Below, in pieces: positions 41,599 through 49,847 of a stretch of 64,000 bases of DNA; position 1 is the first letter of the stretch, and each line of letters starts with the position of its first letter. The notes beneath the pieces were generated by a model. That model was not told the DNA's origin. It made no database searches and saw only the letters and a program-made list of their open reading frames with translations. A program made the position numbers and the translations under genes. This stretch comes from Deltaproteobacteria bacterium (GTDB lineage: Bacteria; Bdellovibrionota; JAJCYS01): contig JAJCYS010000016.1 of the NCBI GenBank assembly GCA_029262815.1, positions 411 to 64,410 of the forward strand, read 5' to 3'.

Positions 41599-42198
41599 AT
41601 GGGTTACATTGATTTATTTTGGGAATCGTTTTTACCGTTCTTTATTGCGTTTGATGTGATTGGCTTACTACCTATTTACCTATCTTTGACTGCAACCATG
41701 GAACGAAATGAGTTAAGACGCGTCTCTGCCATTGCCGTCTGTGCAACATTCGGCATTTGCTTATTTTTTGGTTTATGCGGTCAATTCTTGATGTCGAAAT
41801 TAGGCATCACGCTTCCTGATTTTCAAATTGCAGGGGGTCTTTTGCTGATTGCACTGAGTATCATGGATTCACAAGCGAGCGAAAAAACTCGAAGGCGTCC
41901 CGACTCGTACGTTCAGTTAGCCGTGGTTCCCATCACAATGCCTCTTTTGGTTGGCCCCGCCGTATTGACCACACTTTTACTGAGTTTAAATACTGCTGGC
42001 GCAGTCATTACTTCATTGGCTTTGATTTTAAATCTTGGCATTGTCTTTCTAACATTTCATTATGCAACCTTGATCGCTTCATGGATCGGGCAAGCCGGTG
42101 CCAAAGGTATTGGTAAGTTCTTTTCTATTCTCTTGTGTGCCATTGGTGTGATGTTTATTCGAAAAGGGCTTGTAGCCATTATTACAGCCTTACCATAA
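41599..42198 (+). CDS. MarC family membrane protein
   Basis: DFQIAGGLLL, AVVPITMPLLVGPA. Confidence 0.9.
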   Translation: MGYIDLFWESFLPFFIAFDVIGLLPIYLSLTATMERNELRRVSAIAVCATFGICLFFGLCGQFLMSKLGITLPDFQIAGGLLLIALSIMDSQASEKTRRRPDSYVQLAVVPITMPLLVGPAVLTTLLLSLNTAGAVITSLALILNLGIVFLTFHYATLIASWIGQAGAKGIGKFFSILLCAIGVMFIRKGLVAIITALP

Positions 42199-42209
42199 AG
42201 AAGATTCAT

Positions 42210-43196
42210 ATGCTCGCATTGGCCCCCATGGCATCGATTACCGATGCACCGTATCGCTACTTAATGCAACGTTTATTCAATGTAGATGTTGTTATTTCTG
42301 AGCTTATCTCTTGTCACGGTATTTTCTACAAAGACAAAAAAACAGCTCTTCTAAGTCGTAAAATACCAGGTGAAAAAAACGTGGGTGGGCAAATTTTTGG
42401 AAACGACGCTGAGAAACTTGCCATAGCGGGCCGTTATATTGAGGATCTTGGATACGATTTTGTTGATATCAATCTAGGTTGCCCCGTCTCAAAGGTTGTA
42501 AACAATGGAGCCGGCGCAGCACTCTGTAGGAACGTTGATCATCTATTTGACACACTCACAGCTATCAAACAAGCCATCACCATTCCTCTGACAATCAAAA
42601 TCCGAATTGGATGGGATGAAGATCATATTAATGCTGAAGAAATTGTAGCTCGGGCCAAAAAAGAAGGTATTAAGTGGGTGGCAATTCATGGTCGAACCCG
42701 TGCTCAAGGCTACAAAGGCAAAGCAGATTGGGATCTCATGAAATCAATCGCCCGACGGTTTCCAAACTATATTTTTGGGAATGGAGATATTCGCTCCCTT
42801 TCGGATTATCAACAGGCTATTTTTGATGCGCCCTTTCTAGGCATTATGATCGGAAGGGGTATTCTCAGTCATCCCTGGCTGTTTCAAGAAATACACTCAA
42901 AATCTCAGATAAATGTCACCCCAACACAAGTCCTTGATCTGCTTTCTACCTATTTGGACTTGCTGCAAGCCCACAACGACAACCCAAGATATATTTTACT
43001 TCGTTACAAGAAAATGGCTTCGTGGCTCAGTAACGGGTTACAGAATGCATCACAATTCCGTAGAGATCTCTTTGCCATTCGGACTGATGAGGTACCGCCT
43101 TTGATTGAATGTAGCCATCGTTTTTTTAACACGATCTCGACGGATATGCTTTCAAAACGTCCTGTCGAAGCTATCTATCGTGGAGGCGAGGGTTAA
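42210..43196 (+). CDS. dusB: tRNA-dihydrouridine synthase (DusB-like)
   Basis: LAPMA, DINLGCP, TIKIRIGWD, IHGRTRAQ, GNGDI. Confidence 0.9.
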   Translation: MLALAPMASITDAPYRYLMQRLFNVDVVISELISCHGIFYKDKKTALLSRKIPGEKNVGGQIFGNDAEKLAIAGRYIEDLGYDFVDINLGCPVSKVVNNGAGAALCRNVDHLFDTLTAIKQAITIPLTIKIRIGWDEDHINAEEIVARAKKEGIKWVAIHGRTRAQGYKGKADWDLMKSIARRFPNYIFGNGDIRSLSDYQQAIFDAPFLGIMIGRGILSHPWLFQEIHSKSQINVTPTQVLDLLSTYLDLLQAHNDNPRYILLRYKKMASWLSNGLQNASQFRRDLFAIRTDEVPPLIECSHRFFNTISTDMLSKRPVEAIYRGGEG

Positions 43197-44038
43197 TGAT
43201 CTTTGCTTTTACTCTGAAGAGTTGAATCCTCACTTTGGAGTGAATCAGAAGCTGTTTTCGATTGACGTCTATACAACCCGCATTTAGAATCTTTGCAAAA
43301 ATTAATCAGGTGTGTCGCATAAACTGACTCCATCTGAGCCAACATACTTAATGCTTTGTCGAAGGGATATGGTCGCGTAATTAATATATGAAAAATTGTT
43401 TTTATATCTTTGATTGCTTCAGATGTAAATCCTCGGCGTCGTAACCCGACGAGATTAATTCCTTGCACACGAAATGGGCCGCCTTTCCCCGACACAAAAG
43501 GTGCGATATCTTTTCGGATTTCACTACCGCCTGCAATATATGCGTGCGCTCCGACGCGACAAAACTGTGCGATACCCGTCATGCCACCGATGATTGCATG
43601 TGTTTCGATGGTCACATGGCCACATAATGAAACCGCATTGGCCAACACGCATTCATCCTCTATGATGCAGTCGTGTGCGATATGGCAGTATGCCATAATT
43701 AAGTTTTTGTTACCCAACCGAGTGATATTGCCACCCCCTTGAGTTCCTTTGTTAATCGTCACATATTCACGAATGACGTTATAATCGCCGATGATCACTT
43801 TGGCACATTCACCAGAGTATTTTAAATCTTGGGACATGCCCCCAATAACCGAAAATGGATGGAATACATTGTGGCTTCCGACTTCTAAAGGGCCCTCTAA
43901 CACAACATGTGATCGAACTTCTGTATGGTTACCTAATTGAACATTCTCACCAATAATGCTGTAAGGACCAATTACACAATCTCGACCCACTATTGCCTTG
44001 GGGTGAACTTGAGCCGTAGGATGAATTTTTGATGTCAC
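43193..44038 (-). CDS. lpxA: UDP-N-acetylglucosamine O-acyltransferase
   Basis: IHPTA hexapeptide repeats, QDLKYSGE, IREYVTINKGT, HIAHDC, INLVGLRRRGF. Confidence 0.95.
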   Translation of the reverse strand: MTSKIHPTAQVHPKAIVGRDCVIGPYSIIGENVQLGNHTEVRSHVVLEGPLEVGSHNVFHPFSVIGGMSQDLKYSGECAKVIIGDYNVIREYVTINKGTQGGGNITRLGNKNLIMAYCHIAHDCIIEDECVLANAVSLCGHVTIETHAIIGGMTGIAQFCRVGAHAYIAGGSEIRKDIAPFVSGKGGPFRVQGINLVGLRRRGFTSEAIKDIKTIFHILITRPYPFDKALSMLAQMESVYATHLINFCKDSKCGLYRRQSKTASDSLQSEDSTLQSKSKDH

Positions 44039-44122
44039 GATCCGTCCTTAGATCACCAGATGCCACATATATCCCTTTCAGTATATCAAATCAGAACCTG
44101 TCTCAAAATATACTTCGTGACA

Positions 44123-44305
44123 TAGGGCGTGTCATCATAAGGGATTTGTAGCGAGGAAATTGAGATTTTGAGCCGAAACGAGGAGATTGAGTGAAAAAAC
44201 CGCAGGTGTAGTAGCGCTACATCGAGGATGTTTTCATGAAAATCGACGAAGTTGTAGGCCAAAAGATCTATTCCACAGTAGAATCCCTTATGATGACACG
44301 CCCTA
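44123..44305. mobile_element. MITE with 24-bp perfect terminal inverted repeats (including terminal TA)
   Basis: TAGGGCGTGTCATCATAAGGGATT (44123-44146) / AATCCCTTATGATGACACGCCCTA (44282-44305); no ORF inside. Confidence 0.75.
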
Positions 44306-44322
44306 AATAGCTTTTACGCTGA

Positions 44323-45399
44323 TCAACGATACACTATTTCTAGTTTTGAACCTGGAGGTGGGGGGGCGTTCAACTCCAAAAAGAATCGACCTTCTGGCGT
44401 ACTAGGCGTTTCCAATCGGTAAGCTTGCCGTGGCAATTCGTTACCGTTGATCAGTACGCGAATAATATCTTCTGTCACTATTGTTCTTAAGGCATATCGT
44501 GTGGGTGGTTCTGAGACTCCTTTCCCAAATTGAATCATAATATTTTCAATCTGGGTGTCTGTTTGTGTACTACCATCTCGGTTGATGACAAACAATTCGC
44601 CTTTAGCCACGTTGGCACTTAATAATTCAACCATGCGTTCTGCACCCGAGATTTGAGGCTGCCCATTAATGGGCGGTTGTTTAAGATCTCTAACCAGCTC
44701 ATCCAATCCAACGTTACTGTAATCTTTTCCGGATTTAGGGGAGCGAAGAAATGCCCAGATATTCACAAAATGTCTGGACGTTCGAATTTCTTTGAGTTGG
44801 GGGATGAGCCTTGCCAGGGCCTCCCGCGTAGATCGATCATGGCCATCTGCATCCCCAAAAAATACAATATTTAAAATCGTACGTTTTCTTGCCTCAGCAA
44901 ATTTCTGAAGACTCAACTCCATTGCATTCCAGAGTGACGTCTGGACGGGAAAATTTGGATTAAAAACAATTCCAAATCCAGTCAACAAACTATTTCGAAA
45001 GTTGCCAAGATTCTCTTTCAATGTATTTGTGAATGCTGCATGATTACCATTAAACCCTGCAATCCGAGTGTTAGCGTCACTGCTTACATGGGTAGACGTT
45101 AGATAAACAAGGTAACTGAATGCAATTTCACCTGGATTCTCTTGACTGCTAATGGTTTCCATCGTGTCAACCCAACGATTCAATGCTTTGCGAATCGTGT
45201 TTCCCACACTGCGCATACTGTCGGAAGAGTCTACAAGCAATAGTATATCTGATGTCTGAGGAATATCTTCAACTTGAACGATCTCACGACTGCCTATTCG
45301 TTCAATACGCTTACCTTTACCCCCTTGGGCACACCCTTGCCCCAAGACAGCAAAGATACATACGCATAAAACGGTCCTCAAAGGCATACCAGTGTACAC
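44323..45399 (-). CDS. vWA-domain lipoprotein
   Basis: Lipobox-like GQGC; MIDAS DILLLVDSSDSM; IVFFGDAD. Confidence 0.65.
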   Translation of the reverse strand: MYTGMPLRTVLCVCIFAVLGQGCAQGGKGKRIERIGSREIVQVEDIPQTSDILLLVDSSDSMRSVGNTIRKALNRWVDTMETISSQENPGEIAFSYLVYLTSTHVSSDANTRIAGFNGNHAAFTNTLKENLGNFRNSLLTGFGIVFNPNFPVQTSLWNAMELSLQKFAEARKRTILNIVFFGDADGHDRSTREALARLIPQLKEIRTSRHFVNIWAFLRSPKSGKDYSNVGLDELVRDLKQPPINGQPQISGAERMVELLSANVAKGELFVINRDGSTQTDTQIENIMIQFGKGVSEPPTRYALRTIVTEDIIRVLINGNELPRQAYRLETPSTPEGRFFLELNAPPPPGSKLEIVYR

Positions 45400-45499
45400 T
45401 CCTTATCTTCTGAATCGGTAAATACTGAAAATCATTAAGAGGTTTATACTGTTTCGCTAGTTTTGGTAACTAGCTGGGTAAATTCGGGTGCTTGAACGG

Positions 45500-45524
45500 G
45501 TTATTCTCGCGAAAGCGAGGATTT
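45500..45524. repeat. Degenerate REP-like hairpin
   Basis: GTTATTCTCGC-GAAA-GCGAGGATTT, GNRA-loop palindrome related to the other REP-like copies. Confidence 0.45.
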
Positions 45525-45769
45525 AATAGAATTTAGATTGCTCATATGGATGACCAACCGGCATGGAGAAAATATCCTCTGTTCAGTTCCTGAACAGCAA
45601 CACCTTCAGAAATCACAGCGGCCTTCGCCTCATAGGGCTACCAGACGCTGTGATTCATTCTTTTTCGTCCGATAGCATTTATCTAACGGAACCGGGGATA
45701 ATAACCTGGACAAAGCCAAGGGTACGGCAGCGCAATCCGTAGACGACGCTGATCTGACAAAACCTTGTA

Positions 45770-45881
45770 CTCACCAAACGAAAACCGAGGTTGTTGTTGC
45801 GTTTAGACGGCCTATTGTTGTTACGATTGGCCGATCGGCAGTTCTCAGCGTTATTGTTCCAACTGCCACCGCGTATCGCAC
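45770..45881 (-). repeat. DGR template repeat (TR)
   Basis: 112-nt non-coding copy of the target's 3' end with 11 AAY codons; reads AIRGGSWNNNAENCRSANRNNNRPSKRNNNLGFRLV; differs from VR only at A positions plus one codon indel. Confidence 0.95.
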
Positions 45882-45914
45882 AGCTCTCAACCTGGCTCGG
45901 TCATTATGCCACGA

Positions 45915-46916
45915 TTAGGGTGACACAATTTCCTTTCTTCTTAAAGCCAAAGTGTTGGCATGAGATATGTGGGCGATCATGCTTGATACCGAAGCTGTCA
46001 ACTCCTCTTCTGAGATTTCGCATTTCATGTAATTGGCTTCTTTTGATTTCACTTTCTTCCTGAAACGCACAAGGTTGGACCGTTGCAATCGTATTAAGTT
46101 GGGAAATACCCGAAATCCCAAAAAGGAAACCCCTTCTGTTGTAGGTCCAAGGGTTGTTATTTTTTCCTTCAACCTAAGTTTTAATTTTGCCTCTAAAAAT
46201 TTTTGAATTTCATCTAACACTTCACGTAACACCTTCTTGCTTTCAGAAAAACATATAAAATCATCCATGTAACGTACATATCCCCCAACCCGAAGACGAT
46301 CTTTTAAAAAATGATCAAGCTCCCCTAAATAGGTATTTGCAAAATGCTGACTTGTCAAATTTCCGATGGGCAATCCCTTTCCCAGTTGATTCCCCGGTAC
46401 GGCATGGTTAATAATTATATCCAGTAAGCTCAATAGTTTTTTGTCTTTGATCATTTGACTTAGAAGTCTTTTTAAGACGTTATGATCAATATTTTCAAAG
46501 AACTTTTGGATATCGCATTTCAAAAAATAGGGATACTTTCTTGAGAAGATATGAACACGTTTTAGTGCCTTATGTGTTCCCTTTCTAACTCGACAGGCAT
46601 AGGTGTCAGATATGAACCGCCGCTCAAATAGAGGTTCAAGTAAATTGCAAATGGCGTGATGAACGACACGATCTCGAAACGCTGAGCAACATATATTTCG
46701 TACCTTGGGCTCTCTTATTTCAAACATCCTATAAGGGCTAGGGCGGTAGGCCCCATTTTGTAACTCACCATGTAATGAAACAATTTCATGCTCTAAATTA
46801 TAATTGAAAGATGCTGCGGATATCTTATGTCGTTTTCGACGAAGTGCCTTGAAAGCAGCCAACAGTAGGTTTTCAATGCAGATCACTTTCGCATATAGAT
46901 TCCCGACTCTCTTCAT
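45915..46916 (-). CDS. DGR reverse transcriptase
   Basis: FRDRVVHHA, KGTHKA, CDIQKFF, GLPIGNLTSQHFAN (DGR-type GxxxSQ), YVRYMDD, FLGF; 333 aa with no maturase or endonuclease domain. Confidence 0.95.
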   Translation of the reverse strand: MKRVGNLYAKVICIENLLLAAFKALRRKRHKISAASFNYNLEHEIVSLHGELQNGAYRPSPYRMFEIREPKVRNICCSAFRDRVVHHAICNLLEPLFERRFISDTYACRVRKGTHKALKRVHIFSRKYPYFLKCDIQKFFENIDHNVLKRLLSQMIKDKKLLSLLDIIINHAVPGNQLGKGLPIGNLTSQHFANTYLGELDHFLKDRLRVGGYVRYMDDFICFSESKKVLREVLDEIQKFLEAKLKLRLKEKITTLGPTTEGVSFLGFRVFPNLIRLQRSNLVRFRKKVKSKEANYMKCEISEEELTASVSSMIAHISHANTLALRRKEIVSP

Positions 46917-47296
46917 TTTCTTACATTTTGATGTTTTAGCCAGCCCCCCATCATTTTTCCGATTTCGTTGATTGAAAGCATAGCAAATTTATAGGATTGA
47001 ATGGCCATCAGTTTTTGTTCAAAGCAAATTCTGAGTAGTATACGGATTTTTTCTAACTTTATGTTGGCCCTTTTTAATATTCCAACTTTTGATTTTGAAA
47101 ATCGTGCTTCAATCAAATCTTCTACAATATCTAAGGCCAAATTGTTGAGTCGATCTGAAAATGTAAACCTCACTTTCTTTGGAAATTTTTCAGTTGTTAA
47201 AAGTAACCACTTTAAGAAATCTACCCATTTTGTAAAAATTGGAAGATCGCTATTATCGACTGATTGAAGCTGGTTTTGAATATCCAAAGGTGTCAT
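46913..47296 (-). CDS. avd: DGR accessory variability determinant (Avd, four-helix bundle)
   Basis: KFPKKVRFTFSDRL..LEKIRILLR..EIGKMMGGW; stop overlaps RT start (ATGA). Confidence 0.9.
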   Translation of the reverse strand: MTPLDIQNQLQSVDNSDLPIFTKWVDFLKWLLLTTEKFPKKVRFTFSDRLNNLALDIVEDLIEARFSKSKVGILKRANIKLEKIRILLRICFEQKLMAIQSYKFAMLSINEIGKMMGGWLKHQNVRK

Positions 47297-47320
47297 TTTT
47301 ACGGTTCTGGCTTACGATAT

Positions 47321-47791
47321 TTAACCATCTCCAATATCTATTTTAGAAATAGAAAGAATTTCTTGCCCATATTTTTCGACCTTGGCATTACCAATGCCCT
47401 CTATTTTTGTCAAATCAGCTTTCGTCTGGGGACGTGTTTTAACGATTTGAGCCAGTTGATTGTTGTTGAAAAGGATATAGGGTGGCACTCCTTCATTCTT
47501 ACTTTTTTCAGATCTCCATTCTCGCAAGATATTAAATAACCCCATATCAGATTCAGTCAAAACCTTCATCCAAGATTCGTTTTTTGAATTTCTTCGCGTT
47601 GACTTTAGTTGAATGGCTTGATCTGAAAGATGATATTCCACCAATAAAACCAGATAAGGGGTATTGTTTGTTTGAATCAAGTAATCTCGAATTGAGATGA
47701 CATTTTTGTCTTTTATAAAATTCTGGAATTCTGAGTCATCAAACCCGTCAACCGTATGTTTAAATTTGAATGTAAAAATTTTGACGAGCAT
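47321..47791 (-). CDS. HRDC-domain accessory protein of the DGR
   Basis: LFNILREWR..EGVPPYILFNNNQL..RPQTKADLTKIEGIGNAKVEKYGQEIL is a canonical HRDC; short N-terminal domain. Confidence 0.88.
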   Translation of the reverse strand: MLVKIFTFKFKHTVDGFDDSEFQNFIKDKNVISIRDYLIQTNNTPYLVLLVEYHLSDQAIQLKSTRRNSKNESWMKVLTESDMGLFNILREWRSEKSKNEGVPPYILFNNNQLAQIVKTRPQTKADLTKIEGIGNAKVEKYGQEILSISKIDIGDG

Positions 47792-47919
47792 ATTGTCTTT
47801 TCAAACCTGTTTCGTTGAAGACCTTGGGGCCTCGCGCTCGGGCCTGTAGCCCTTCATAGCTTGGCCCCTTCAGGCTTCAGCTTATCTTACCAAGGGTAAA
47901 AGTGTAAAAGGGCAAAGGA

Positions 47920-48867
47920 TTACTTTTTTGCCCTCACCAAACGAAAACCGAGGGAGCCGTAGTAGCGTTCAGACGGCCCATCGCCGTCACGAATGGCCGA
48001 ACGGCAGACCCCAGCGCTATTGACCCAACTGCCACCGCGTAGCGCACGTTCGGTCCCTTTATCCGGCCCTGTGGGATCTTTCATTGCTTCTTTAGGATAT
48101 TTTTTATACCAATCCTGAACCCACTCCCACACATTGCCATGCATATCATAGAGTCCCCAATCATTGGCTTTCTTCGTCCCAATTGGATAGGTTTGATTCC
48201 CTGAATTATACCCATACCATCCATACTCCTTTAGATTCGAAGCTTCGTCTCCAAATGAGTATGCTGTTTTTGTTCCTGCACGGGCCGCATACTCCCATTC
48301 AGCTTCTGTTGGCAAACGGTAGGTATACCCATCGTCTTTTTCCATCACGTTTAACTTTTTGAGAAACCCTTCTTCTCCGGCAATGTTCTTCCAAGATACC
48401 TTTTCCACCGGGTGATTGGGACATAGACCTATCTCCTTACCGTCTTTCTTCACTTTCTTATGTGTGTCTTCACAATGCCTCTCTTCTGAAAATTCGGATG
48501 GATTCAACCCCATCACATCAAACCACTGTTGTTGCGTCACCTCTGTCGTCATGATCTCAAATGACTTGGTGAGCGTTACTTCATGTTGCGTTTCGTCATC
48601 ATCTCTATCTGCTTCACTAGCTGGAGATCCCATCTGAAAGGTTTTGGGGAATGTGAGTTTCCCCACCGTTTTACCGGGTTGGATATGTACCCATTTCATT
48701 CCATGCGATCCTTCTACAACAGGTGTTGGTGAACCCTCTGTCTTTTCTTCTTTTTTCTCAGGTTGTTTAGTGATTTTTTGTGATGGACTGGAGGGTTGGT
48801 TGCCTCCACTACATGAAACTAAACCCACGACACCTAAACACTGAACTACTGTCATTAAATGACGCAT
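47920..48867 (-). CDS. DGR target: lipoprotein with FGE-sulfatase/C-type-lectin fold domain
   Basis: RBS then MRHLMTVVQCLGVVGLVSC lipobox; FQMGS, TEVT, HPVEKVSW, RLPTEAEWEYAARAG, WGLYDMHGNVWEW, RGGSW..GFRLV. Confidence 0.92.
   Translation of the reverse strand: MRHLMTVVQCLGVVGLVSCSGGNQPSSPSQKITKQPEKKEEKTEGSPTPVVEGSHGMKWVHIQPGKTVGKLTFPKTFQMGSPASEADRDDDETQHEVTLTKSFEIMTTEVTQQQWFDVMGLNPSEFSEERHCEDTHKKVKKDGKEIGLCPNHPVEKVSWKNIAGEEGFLKKLNVMEKDDGYTYRLPTEAEWEYAARAGTKTAYSFGDEASNLKEYGWYGYNSGNQTYPIGTKKANDWGLYDMHGNVWEWVQDWYKKYPKEAMKDPTGPDKGTERALRGGSWVNSAGVCRSAIRDGDGPSERYYGSLGFRLVRAKK
47933..48047 (-). repeat. DGR variable repeat (VR)
   Basis: 115 nt at the target's 3' end; encodes ALRGGSWVNSAGVCRSAIRDGDGPSERYYGSLGFRLV; matches TR except at TR adenines plus 3 extra nt. 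Confidence 0.95.
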
Positions 48868-49019
48868 AAAGACCTCTCCTCCCTCAAAAATACTCCCTAT
48901 GCTACATGAAATCGGTTTATCTTTGAAGAAATAAACTGAATTTTGATACACACTTGATTATAAAAAAGTTTTTTGTATCTACATGCGGTATCTATCCTGA
49001 CATTGGGGGGTATGGAATG

Positions 49020-49076
49020 GATTGCTTCGTCGGACCTATGGCCCTCCTTGCAATTGCGAGCGTAAGCGAAGCAATC
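49020..49076. repeat. REP-like palindrome upstream of the DGR target
   Basis: GATTGCTTCG (49020-49029) / CGAAGCAATC (49067-49076). Confidence 0.6.
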
Positions 49077-49108
49077 TGATGGAATAGCCAAAAATATGGT
49101 GTTGGATT

Positions 49109-49693
49109 TTATCCGGTATAGCGTCGACTTGTATGTTTTTCTAAAGTTTCTACGACTGGATTCTTGATCAAATGTTGCAATCTGAATTTTTGCGCATCAT
49201 CTTCGAGAGAACTAACTTTTCGAATGTAAGATTCTCGCTGGTTCTCGACTTCTTCAACTTTTTTCCACACCATGAGGCGAAATCGATTCAAGGAATCTTC
49301 TAGTTCTTTCAGCTGATCCTTCTTTCTAGACATGAAGGGATCTTTAAAGTCGCCAAAAGACATTCTTCTTAACCGACGCTCATATGCGAAAGCAGGCCCT
49401 GCAATTCGATGGCTCATTAAGATTGCTAACCCAAAAGACAACAATGCGTACACAATAAATACACCAAGCAAAAGTGCAAAATTGATGCCTACGGTTGTCC
49501 AAAAGATAGTTTGCATTTGTGAAGACATCCCCATCTTCTGGATAAACCAATAGTTCAAACCAGCAACCCCAGAAAATAATACAAATCCTGAAATCACAAA
49601 TAACAAACAACTCTTAAATACATAATTGGCATAAGACCCCTGGAAATCACGGTCCACCAAATATGATTTTCTTCTATCTTTTTGCTGACTCAT
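49109..49693 (-). CDS. Two-TM membrane protein with HAMP-like domain
   Basis: RRKSYLVDRDFQ, two TM helices, SHRIAGP..GDF..RKKDQLKEL. Confidence 0.7.
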   Translation of the reverse strand: MSQQKDRRKSYLVDRDFQGSYANYVFKSCLLFVISGFVLFSGVAGLNYWFIQKMGMSSQMQTIFWTTVGINFALLLGVFIVYALLSFGLAILMSHRIAGPAFAYERRLRRMSFGDFKDPFMSRKKDQLKELEDSLNRFRLMVWKKVEEVENQRESYIRKVSSLEDDAQKFRLQHLIKNPVVETLEKHTSRRYTG

Positions 49694-49847
49694 ACACCCT
49701 GCTTTTCGGCTGTCAGGCAGCTTTCTTAAGCTAAATTGATAAGCTTATTAAAACCAACCTAAGTTAGTTGGCAAGGAAACGATTTGGGCTGGTGCTAGTT
49801 CTCGAAAAACGATGCGATCTTATTGTTTTGTTATTTTAGAATAAACT

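Noticed and set aside
45791-46063. Plus-strand ORF MLLRLDGLLLLRLADRQFSALLFQLPPR...
   Set aside because: Antisense reading of the TR (AAC runs read as TTG/Leu) and of the RT 3' end; no evidence it is a gene
45915-46916. RT as a group II intron, retron or CRISPR-associated RT
   Set aside because: GxxxSQ motif, no maturase or Cas1 domain, adjacent Avd and a TR/VR pair all point to a DGR
47920-48951. Target as an active formylglycine-generating enzyme, or with a start at 48951
   Set aside because: No neighbouring sulfatase and the would-be active-site region is the VR; the RBS and lipobox favour the start at 48867
44323-49693. Prophage or ICE carrying the DGR
   Set aside because: No integrase, structural or conjugation genes and no att-like direct repeats seen around the cassette
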